Part shown: positions 1 to 10,035 of the stretch, one piece after another
How the letters are laid out: every line of letters starts with the position of its first letter
Numbering within the stretch: position 1 is the first letter of the stretch
DNA from: Macrostomum lignano
Lineage: Eukaryota
NCBI GenBank assembly: GCA_002269645.1
Contig: NIVC01000040.1
Coordinates: 1,268,829 to 1,332,828, forward strand
Reading direction: 5' to 3'
Length of the DNA stretch: 64,000 nt
The notes under the pieces: model-generated
The model's database searches: none
Told to the model about the DNA's origin: nothing
The model's input: only the letters and a program-made list of their open reading frames with translations
Made by a program: the position numbers and the translations under genes

Positions 1-5
1 TCATA

Positions 6-243
6 TTGTCGGCAGTCAATTTTGTTGGCAGTCATTTTGTTGGCAGTCATTTTGTCGGCAGTCAAATTGTTGGCAGTCATTTTGTTGGCAGTCATTTTGT
101 CGGCAGTCATTTTGTTGGCAGTCATTTTGTTGGCAGTCAAATTGTCGGCAGTCATTTTGTTGGCAGTCAAATTGTCCGCAGTCAAATTGACCGCAGTCAA
201 ATTGTGGCAGTCAAATTGTGGCAGTCAATTGTCGTAGATTGCC
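6..243. repeat. 15-bp tandem array (ggcagtca[t/a][t/a]ttgt[t/c]), truncated by window start; may be the end of an unclassified non-autonomous DNA element
   Basis: About 15 copies of ggcagtcattttgtt/ggcagtcaaattgtc, ending in gtcgtagattgcc followed by TA. Confidence 0.85.
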
Positions 244-569
244 TATATATCAGCTCTATGATACAATTAGCAAGGGTCTATCCAAAGGTTTTAGGATGGG
301 AGGGCCTAGTTGGGGCCTAATAAAAACTGAAATGAAAGGGCAATACCAACATCTCAAATTGAGTTTTTTAATTATTGTAAAAGCAATTTTTTATTAAAAA
401 AGTAAAAATGACATCCAAAAATACCTTGCAACTTAGATTAGAATGAATAGAATAACTAAGTTGATTTAACTAATATTCTAAATGTTTTTGCCCAAGAAAA
501 TACTTTTAGGATTTCCATTGGTTCATACATATTTTATGATATTTTTACTGAAAGAAAAGAAGTAAGAAA

Positions 570-1500
570 AAAGGGGGGAAAATATGAGAGTATGGAGAGA
601 AATGGGAGGAGAGAGTAGAGGTAAGAGAGAGATAAGATGAGAAAGGAGTGAGATAGGAGAAAGTAGAGAGGAAATTGCAGAGATAAACAATGAAAAAGGA
701 GAGAATAGGAGAATGTAGAGAAGAGATAGAAAAAAGTAGAGATAAGAGAGTAGAGAGATGAGAGTAGATAAAGGAGAGATTATAGGATAGAGATGAGCAA
801 GTAGAGAGAAAAGAGGAAAAAATGAAAGAGGAAAAAGGAGAGATAAGAGAGTAGAGATAAGAGATGTGAGAGTAAAGCTAGAAAAGAGAGAGAGAAGAGA
901 GAAGAGATTATAGAAGAAAGGAGGGAGGAAAGAGAAGAATGGAGAAAGGAAAGAGTAGAAAGCAGAAAAAAGATAGGAGAGATGAAAGATGAGAGGTGAG
1001 AGATAAAAGAGGGAGGAGAGAGTAAAGAGGAAAGATGAGAAAGTAGAAGAAAGAAAGTAGAAAGAAGAGTTGAGAGAAGAGAAGAGGAATGTTAAAAAGG
1101 AGAGTACAGATTAGAGATAAGAGAGAGAAGAGATAAGATAAAACAGGAAATAGATAGGAGAGAAGATTGAGACAAGAGAGGAGAGAGAATAGAGATGCTA
1201 AAAGAGATGAGAAATGAGAGCAAAGAAGTAGAAAGAAGAGAGGAGAGAGAGAAGAGGAGGGAAGTTTTGAGAGAGGGGAGAGTGAGGAGTGAAAAGAGGG
1301 GAGAGAGGAGAGAGCAGAGAAATGAAAATAGATAAAAAATCAGAGAATCAATAGGAGAGATGAAAAAGGAAAGATGTAGATAAGAATTGAGGACTGAGGT
1401 GAAAGAAGATTGATAAGAGAAGAGGGGAGAGAGGAGATAGGAAAGAAGAGAAGATAGAAGTTTCAAAGGATCTGATGGACATAGAGAGAGGCAGAGACAA
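570..1500. repeat. Purine-rich (A/G) low-complexity tract
   Basis: Almost only A and G on + (gagag/gataag motifs); the minus-strand Leu/Ser ORFs are composition artefacts. Confidence 0.85.
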
Positions 1501-1854
1501 AGGCCAGAGTTTGCCAATGTTTTTGAAAGACATTTCCTGACATTCTGCATAGCATCCCAGCCAACAAGACCAATGTTTTTTTCAAATCTTAATTTTACAC
1601 AAATTTACTCCATTTTATGTTCACCTCCATCTTAACTATTAACAAGTTTCTGTTTGAGTGTGACTTCAAATTTTAAAATACATGCAAAAATAGTTCCAAG
1701 GATTGGAATTCCACAGGTTCAAAATCCGTGGGTTTCAACTGTTTGTGCTTGTATAAGAACTATTGTTTCTAAATTTAAAATTGTAAAGAGAAAAGGGGTT
1801 GTTCAAAATATTTTTTTGGAAAATCCAAAGTAAAAAACTGAAAGTAGGGGGAGG

Positions 1855-1926
1855 GCACAAGGGGGCCTATGGCCTAATGGGGGTCTCGGACCCCCCCCCC
1901 CCCCCCCCCCCCTGGACATGCCACTG
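1855..1926. mobile_element. Right end of a hAT-type MITE (C-run + CTGGACATGCCACTG)
   Basis: Reverse complement CAGTGGCATGTCCAG+G-run has the same architecture as the MITE at 62478-62659; no left end or TSD seen. Confidence 0.45.
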
Positions 1927-2342
1927 GCAATTAGTGATGAATCAAAATTTGATTTCAATTTTTGCAATTCTGGCAATTCTTGTCAAGTAAGTTGTGGTAT
2001 TTACACAATATATGTTAAGATCATGTACTTAGATATAAGTTTAGAACTTTCAAAATCAGTTTTAATAGTAGTTAGTTACTATTAACTTGTACTATTTGTT
2101 AGAATGCTAGAAATTTGATTTAAAGAATAGTTAAAAATAATTTAATAAAATGTTTTTATGTTGCATTTAAAATTGTACTAATTTTAATTCTACTAATATC
2201 TTATTATTATTTGCAAAACCATATTTTTCAGAGACGAAATTACATTATTCAGCTAAGGTGCCTAGCTGACCCACAGCTGCAAGGCATAGTAAAGTTATTG
2301 AACTGTTATTTTAATTAACTGTAAGCAAACACATAGGAAGCC

Positions 2343-5300
2343 ATGAGTGAGAACAGTGAAAATGAAGAGGACCAATTCTTTGATTGTCCTGAGGATCCTG
2401 AAGCCATCCAGTTTGCCAGTCTTGACAGAATCTATGCTATCTGTCTGCCAGCCACTCCATCTGCTGGTGCTGCATCGAATGCTGTTGCCACACCGTGTGT
2501 TGCAGCTTCTGGCTCTGAAGCTTGGCGCGAACGTCTGCTGCTATTTCCAAGCAGTGGAGAGGCTCTGGCCAAGCTTAAAGAGCATAGGAATGCCCGCTAT
2601 AAGGTGAGTTATTTTTATATGGAAGTTTCGGGTGTACTTTTAAAGAGTTATATATTGTAGTCTGGCAGTGGCTCACTGAATGGCTGAGGGGAGGGTGGCA
2701 GTGGCTCACTGAATGGCTGAGGGGAGGGTGGCAGTGGCTCACTGAATGGCTGAGGTGAGGGTGGCAGTGGCTCACTGAATGGCTGAGGTGACGGTGGCAG
2801 TGGCTCACTGAATGGCTGAGGGGAGGGTGGCAGTGGCTCACTGAATGGCTGAGGGGAGAGGGTGGCAGTGGCTCACTGAATGGCTGAGGGGAGGGTGGTA
2901 GTGGCTCACTGAATGGCTGAGGGGAGGGTGGCAGTGGCTCACTGAATAGCTGGGGGGAGGGTGGTAGTGGCTCACTGAATGGCTGAGGGGAGGGTGGTAG
3001 TGGCTCACTGAATGGCTGAGGGGAGGTTGGTAGTGGCTCACTGAATGGCTGAGGGGAGGGTGGTAGTGGCTCACTGAATGGCTGAGGGGAGGGTGGTAGT
3101 GGCTCACTGAATGGTTGAGGTGACCGTGGTAGTGGCTCACTGAATGGCTGAGGGGAGGGTGGTAGTGGCTCACTGAATGGCTGAGGGGAGGGTGGCAGTG
3201 GCTCACTAAATGGCTGAGGGGAGGGTGGTAGTGGCTCACTGAATGGCTGAGGGGAGGGTGGTAGTGGCTCACTGAATGGCTGAGGGGAGAGGGTGGTAGT
3301 GGCTCACTGAATGGCTGAAACAAGGGTATCAGATCGATAAGCAGCAAATAACTATCCTGAAAGCGGCAACACGACAAATTTATCCAGGTGTTCAATTCTT
3401 ATCCGGAGGCCAAGCAGTTCGCCAGCAGTACAGTTGAACAGCTGACACCGAAGCGACCAGCGAAGGCTGGCGGTGCCCAGCAACCGGGAGGTTCAACTGA
3501 CCGTTTGGCCACGGCTGTCCAAGATACGGACAGCTTCAAAAGTGTCACCCAAGTGCAGCTCAATCAGTTGAAGGCCGCAATCATCTCTGGCGATTTGAGT
3601 ACAGTCTCAGCTCTGGTCTGGAATAATCCTAAGCATTTGGTGACAGATTGCGATGCGCCTACTCTGCTAATGCCTCGGTTTAGGTACAACTGCTTGCACC
3701 AGGTGAGCACCCGGTTTTATTGCTTTTTTCACTCATCATCATAATTGTAGCTAATATTCTGTTGAGCTACTTACTAAACAGTAGTATGTGCACATTTACA
3801 TGTGTTTTTCGGCTTTTTACTGCTGGTTATTACACCAGCGTAAATTTCGATAAGCTACTTATAACTCAGTAGTATTGACCGTATTTTTAGTTAGTTTCTC
3901 TGTCGCTGTCCTTGGTAATGATGCTAATAAGCTATTAACAACATATATTTTTTGGTTAGTTTTTGTGCCACTGTCCTTATAAAAAGATACTAATAAGCTA
4001 CTTAAAAATCAGTAGTATGACCATAATTATGGTTACTTTTTGTGCCGCTGTCCTAAAACGCTAATAAGCTACTTGCAAGTCAGTAGTATGACCGCAACTG
4101 TCACGTGATTTTTACATTTCATATGCGCAACCAATCAAATTCTACGATGATTTCACAGGCCGCATTGCGCAATCAATCTGCCGTCATCAAGCTTCTGCTG
4201 GCCATCTTATCCGGTGACGAGTTCTGGCGTCGACTTAACGCAGACACTGGCGCAGAATTGCGACGCTGTAGACGCAATCGGTTATTAGATCTCTATTTAA
4301 ACGGCCGAGAGATGGCGCTTGGCGAAACTCCGCTACACATTGCGGCTAAATTTTGTTACACCGAATGCATTCGCTTATTGGTTGCTAGGCGAGAATGCGA
4401 TATTAATATTCTTAACAATGCCGGTCAGACTGCCCTAGAGATTGTTGGCTCGCGCTGCGACTCCGCGTCAGCTGGCCAGCTGGCCGAGACGCGTCTGGCT
4501 CTGTCCGGCCAATTTGTACCTCTGGTGGCCGAAGTATCAACCGGTGTTGTCCGGGTCGGCCAGCCAGTGCCAGCTTGGGCCCTGCAGGAGATGCTGGACC
4601 AGCCTCACAGGCTGCTGGTCCGCGCCTACGCTGGCCCGGCCGAGCCGGACACGGCGCGCAGCCTCTACGAACGCTGGCGAGCGCCGTCGCGTGTACTGTT
4701 ATTCTGTCGCCGAACAGCTGCGGCTACCACCGCCGACAAAGACAACTGGCCTACTACTGGCAATAAAGACTTTGAGGACAGCGACGATTATGAGTCTTCT
4801 CGACCGCCTCGCCTGCCGCCGGCATCTCCTGTCCCGGGTCGGCCGGCCGGTTTCGAATTCCAATCGCCTACTAACATGCTTCGGACGCCGCCAATGGTAG
4901 GCAAGGTGGACGCCAACGACGACAACGTTGACGACGCAGCCGCTGCAGCCGTAGCCGAGGTGACGGCCGCACCGCTGTTAGACTACGACAAAGGCTACGA
5001 GATCACCGGCAGGGCTCTCTGCCGGGCATTGGGCGGCATTGCTTGGCACGAGCGTTGGGATTTTTTTGACGGCGATTTCGCCGATTTAGCTACGGACGAG
5101 GGGCTCAGCCGGTTGAATCGGCTGCTAACTGACGCCTACGAACGAATGGAAAAAGAATTGGGCGTCTCAGCGTCTGCCAATACTAGCGGCGAAGATGCTG
5201 TCGGAGCCGCCGCTGTCGCTGCCGCCGCCGCCGCCGCTTCAGATCCCTGGACTGATTATCGCGACTTTGGAGGCGGCAGTCCAATCGAGGACGACGACGC

Positions 5301-6114
5301 CGACGAAACAAAGGAACTAACGGATTTATCCCGCGATAGTTGTCACGGCAGCGACAATGGCCAGCAGGCATCCGCTGACCTGTCAGATTCATTCCTGGAG
5401 CGGGTGTCTCGCTGGGGCCTGTCCGATTCTAAGAAAGCCGCCGCTGCCGCCCAGCTACCGGCGTCGTTGACGAAAGCATCGACCAGCGGGAAATCTGGCG
5501 CCGATCCGCGATTTCGCTCTCCGCCACCGCCGCCGCCGCCGACTTCGCGCTTGTCGAAGCAGCCGCAGGCGCCGCGAATGAGCACCCCTAGGCAGCAGCA
5601 ACAGCGTCGTGCAGCGCCAACTTCCAGTCCGTTTGAATTCGTGGTTAATAATGGCGCCAACGCCAGGCCTGGGGGCCTGAGTTTCTCTTCACCTAGTAGC
5701 CGAACTAATAATGCTACTCATAGTAAGCGGCCAGTGACTCCGGTCGACCTGCAGGTACTCAAAGCGATCTCTCCGGCTTCGTCTGCTTCTAAAATTGATC
5801 AAAAGCGCTATCCAAGTTTGGCGCGTTGGCGCCGATCGATTGGCGCCAATACAGCTGCTAGCGTCTCTAGCGAGGACGTATCTAAACTGTTATTACAGCT
5901 TCCCGCTTCGCCGTCGCCTTCGCCTTCTTTAGCGGCCGCGTCTCCGTTGGCGTCGCCGTTGCCAACGTCGCCGTCGTTGCGTCGGCTGGCCGCGGCGGCA
6001 GCGGCCGGTGGCACCCCGCGGCGCCGGCTAGCGGCGAGGAGCGGCGCTACGGGTCAGACGCCTGACGCTCTTAATAAATCATTCGATCACGATTCTGTTG
6101 CGTTGGGCCAATAA
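2343..6114 (+). CDS. ANKLE2: Ankyrin repeat and LEM domain-containing protein 2 (ANKLE2/LEM-4) homolog; join(2343..2603,3388..3702,4159..6114), about 843 aa
   Basis: All introns are GT-AG and phase 0. The spliced product shows ANKLE2 blocks in order: [15 protein letters not shown] (viroplasmin/RNase H1-N-like), [31 protein letters not shown] (ankyrin), [30 protein letters not shown], and C-terminal [13 protein letters not shown]. No LEM or TM segment is seen; an upstream exon cannot be excluded. Confidence 0.9.
2663..3318. repeat. 33-bp G-rich minisatellite in ANKLE2 intron 1
   Basis: About 20 copies of gg[c/t]agtggctcactgaatggctgaggggagggt; each unit has an AGTG-GCT-CACT mini-palindrome. 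Confidence 0.95.
3830..4100. repeat. Degenerate tandem repeat in ANKLE2 intron 2
   Basis: taataagcta(ctt)..cagtagtat..gacc..ctgtcc recurs 3-4 times. Confidence 0.6.
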
Positions 6115-6184
6115 AGCTGGGATGCGTTTTGTTTAAATTTTTAACAAGCTGTGTCTGTTTCGATTTTCAATCAATTAACATCCA

Positions 6185-6625
6185 TGCGGAGCCGCCCTTT
6201 CTGCCCTCTGATTTGCGCCAGTATCCGCCCTTTGATCCGCCCCATATATTATCCGCCCCCTATCCGCCCCTACGAAGCGCCCTTTATCCACCCTTAGGAA
6301 CCACCCCCTATCCGTCCTACAAATCGCACTTATCCGCCGTTAAGAACCGCCCCCTATCCGCCCTGTGCACCGCCTACCAACCGCCTCTATCCACTCCTAA
6401 AAACAACCCCCTATTCGCCCTACCAACCGCCTCTATCCACTCCTAAAAACAACCCCCTATTCGCCCTACGAAATGCTCCGCGCCTACGAAGCGCCGTCTA
6501 TCCGCCCCTGCCGACCACCCCTTATCTGCCCTACGAACCGCCCCTATTCGCCCCTTATCCGCCCTACGAGCCGCCCCCATCCGCCTCTACGAGTTACCCC
6601 CTAACCGCCCCTACGAACCGCCCTT
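6185..6625. repeat. Degenerate C-rich repeat (ccgcccctat/ccgccctac)
   Basis: Many short imperfect copies, plus an exact duplication of accaaccgcctctatccactcctaaaaacaaccccctattcgccct. Confidence 0.75.
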
Positions 6626-7560
6626 TATCCTACTACTATTAATGCTGTCCGACTGAGACATTGTTAATGATATATCTAGTTTAAATGTACAGACCTATTT
6701 TGTATTCAGAAATTTGGTTTTTATCTTAAAGCGGTGGTTGATTCAGTTTTCAGGTGAGTTTCTATTAAAATTATAGACTACTACTTTATGTAGTTAATTG
6801 GCAGTTTTGCTTTGACCATTTCATATTATACGGTTTACTTGTACTTTTGTTGGCTGCGTAAAAATCATATGTTGTCATGGCTAATCTAATTAGTCTTCGC
6901 CCAAGGACTTCTTAGTAAGAATTTATTATCATTTACGGTTGGCCCGGTTTGTTTATATTGACTTTTAATGCACAATTTATGTAGCTTAATCTCTTCTTCG
7001 ATTTCTTTCAACACTGAATATCACTTTACGTGTCCGCTCCGGCTACTGTCAGTAAGTAGTATTACGCGAAATTGAAACTATTTTAGACAAATAATGATAT
7101 CTCGCTCGTGCTGTATATTTGTTGTTTTTTATGTAGCATTTATGACTGCAAAAATCAGTTGAGTTGTCTCCATTTATTTTTCACATATTTGTGTTACTGG
7201 TACAATAACTTTATTTTCTTAGCTAATTCACTTATTTTATTCAAGTCGATGTACAGTTAAAAATCGATGCGTCTAAAAATCGATTCGTCTTAATATGTTT
7301 AGTCTCCAAATAATTCCGTTTACACACTGTATAGATAGGCGAGTTTCAGAGCATGCTGTCACCCGAGATTTGGCATAACTTTTCGGTTGTTTTCTGGTTG
7401 CTACTGATTTTAATCATCACTGATTCTTTTTTTAAGTTAAGTTACTTGTCTCTATTGAAAATTCATAAGTTCAAAACTTTATATCGTCGAATTCGTTTCA
7501 AGATGTAAAAATTGGGTTAGTTACAGTATCAGACGTTAGCCTTTTTAAATTGTGTTGAAA

Positions 7561-8020
7561 CTAGCTCAACCAATGAGAGAGCAGTAAGGAGAGAGGTCAA
7601 AGCCAGACAGGCAGACGAAACTCAGCCGAGGTGGGGGCAGGCCCAATCTAGCTCAACCAATGAGAGAGCAGTAAGGAGAGAGGTCAAAGCCAGACAGGCA
7701 GACGAAACTCAGCCGAGGTGGGGGCAGGCCCAATCTAGCTCAACCAATGAGAGAGCAGTAAGGAGAGAGGTCAAAGCCAGACAGGCAGACGAAACTCAGC
7801 CGAGGTGGGGGCAGGCCCAATCTAGCTCAACCAATGAGAGAGCAGTAAGGAGAGAGGTCAAAGCCAGACAGGCAGACGAAACTCAGCCGAGGTGGGGGCA
7901 GGCCCAATCTAGCTCAACCAATAAGAGAGCAGTAAGGAGAGAGGTCAAAGCCAGACAGGTAGACGAAACTCAGCGTAAGGCGCATGCAGGCCCAATCTAG
8001 CTCAACCAATGAGAGAGCAG
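7561..8020. repeat. 87-bp tandem repeat, 5 copies plus a partial, two CCAAT boxes per unit
   Basis: ctagctcaaccaatgagag... restarts at 7561, 7648, 7735, 7822, 7909 and about 7997; units nearly identical. Confidence 0.95.
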
Positions 8021-8805
8021 GCAGGAGGTCAAAAACTTGAGCTTAAAGAACTCCGAGTACCGCGTAAAATATTGATAAGTTTTTTTATTTACCATTATCA
8101 AATATTACTCTATTGCAGTGTCTCATCTGCGTGGGGCTATGTAAAAGGTTTGTTCACTATTGATGGACTTCCTCAATTTTTTAATTTTAACAATAAAGCC
8201 AGGCGTTGTACCGTGTCAATCAGCCAGTTTGTTGATCTTTCATGAGTTTTTATATATTTGCGCTAGTTTTTGTCTCAGTGCACATGCAAAATTTATATCT
8301 ATTAAGTATATACGCCAGGCGTTAACTTCATAAGGTGATTTTTAGCTAAAAGAGACGAAGCATCTGCGTTAATTGCATCATGAAAAAATTTTAATTTAAA
8401 AAAAACTGTTTTAGTAAGCTGCATGTAAGTTGATTAAATTGAAAGACCTTAGGCAATTTGGAGTACGAGTGAAATAGTAGTAAGTAAGAGCCGTGAATAT
8501 TAGAATCTTTTGGAAGACGCTCGATCAAGAAGTATACGTATTACATGTAGATCTGTTTCGATTCAATTTGAAATCTCTTACCTCCAGCTAGGTTAATGTG
8601 TTTTCCCTGATCTCAGATAATGTTTCATTCCCAATACAAGGAGCTATATATATTACCCAGTAGTTGATACACTGTAATTGTTCGCTAATATGTACTCTGC
8701 TATAAAAGTATAATTTTTACAGCAGTTAAATTTTTACATCAGAGTAGTCCTTTTCTTAAGACAATTTGAATCCCGAATTCAAATAGAAAATTAGAAAAAA
8801 AAGTA

Positions 8806-9068
8806 TACTCAGCAACATCGAAAAGTCGCCATCACAGAAGATTCTGTCTGTGGTCGCCACTTTTGAGAGTGCAGGTAAAATCTCTCAATCTTTGCCAGTG
8901 ACGCAACTTTAGCTACGCCGCGGCAGACTTGGGTTGAGGAATGAAGTGCGGGTGCGGTGTGCGACGGTTGGACGGATTAAAGCTACCCTGATCAGTTTTC
9001 TCGTAGCTTTAATTTTAGAATAGTCCAAGAGAAATTGCTCACTGGCGACTTTTCAATGTTGCTGAGAA
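8806..9068. mobile_element. MITE-like element with about 26-bp imperfect TIRs, flanked by TA
   Basis: Left TACTCAGCAACATCGAAAAGTCGCCA; right TGGCGACTTTTCAATGTTGCTGAGAA; TA at 8804-8805 and 9069-9070. Confidence 0.65.
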
Positions 9069-9466
9069 TATATGGTGACATTTTTTAGTTATTAAAATTA
9101 ATAACTTTAACACGGTGTATGTTCGTGCCAGTCGAATTTCTAAAGGGATTTCTCAGACAACTCCGAGTAATATAATAAATCATCACGAGAGATTTCCGTC
9201 GAAAACCGTTTGAATACATTGTTTTAAATTGTTCTAGCTAATAAGAATTAACAAACACCGAGAAAGAATAGGGCGTAATAATCTGCCAAAAACACCGTAA
9301 AAAACCGATAAAAATTTGAAAGAGTAAATGAAAATCTACTAATATGATATACCTTAAATTAGGTTTTTGTGTAATTGAAATATTTTTAACTACGCGCATT
9401 TTTAAAATTTGTTTAATTGAGACAAGTATCGCGCTATTATTTTCAAAATATTTTAATTTGCAATTT

Positions 9467-9786
9467 TGTAAATACCCAAGTCGCCGTTTGAATACGAGTG
9501 ACGAAGTCGTGCAGGCAATTCTTGTCGGCTGTGCTCACTTAGCCGAGGGGAGAAAGTCTTAAAGATTCCTGCTCAAACCATTACTGTATTTATAACCATT
9601 GGCGATGTTTTGCAGACAGCGTGCGAGGCTTAAAAGCGTAATTCACGCGCGGGAATAAAATCAATTCCAGAATACATTCAAATATATGGAAACTAAGCGA
9701 GTCGGAGAAAAGAATGCGACTGCGCAACAAATTAAGTCAGCAGGGTGCACAGTGCGTACGGTACGGGGAAAGGACAACTTGTTACA
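9467..9786 (-). repeat. 3' LTR (320 bp)
   Basis: tgtaaatacc...ttgttaca; identical by eye to 16246-16471 plus 17501-17594. Confidence 0.95.
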
Positions 9787-9790
9787 ACAG

Positions 9791-9803
9791 CTCCCTCCTT
9801 CGA
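9791..9803 (-). promoter_or_regulatory. Polypurine tract
   Basis: Minus strand GAAGGAGGGAG lies a few nt before the 3' LTR start TGTAAC. Confidence 0.7.
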
Positions 9804-10035
9804 AAGTTTAATGCCCTCATTAAACTGAAAAAGATTTTTTGGAAAAAGGATTCGAAGCAAAACGAAAATTTCACAGCTGCAGGCACACCTTCTCAAAGAA
9901 GAACAAGTGGCAGCGAAACAAATGAGGCTGAACAAAAGGGATCTTTTCGAAAATAGAAAAAGACTAACTGTTTGCGCAAACTGAATCAAAGCACGATTTT
10001 GCCCTAGACAAAAACAGTCCAGTCCAGGTCTCTAA

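Noticed and set aside
4105-4158. N-terminal extension of the 669-aa ORF
   Set aside because: Intronic; homology begins after the acceptor at 4158 and continues from exon 2
7561-8020. CRISPR-like repeat-spacer array
   Set aside because: The whole 87-bp unit repeats; there are no variable spacers
9787-10035. env-like third ORF in the Gypsy element
   Set aside because: Only about 250 bp between the integrase stop and the 3' LTR, with no credible ORF
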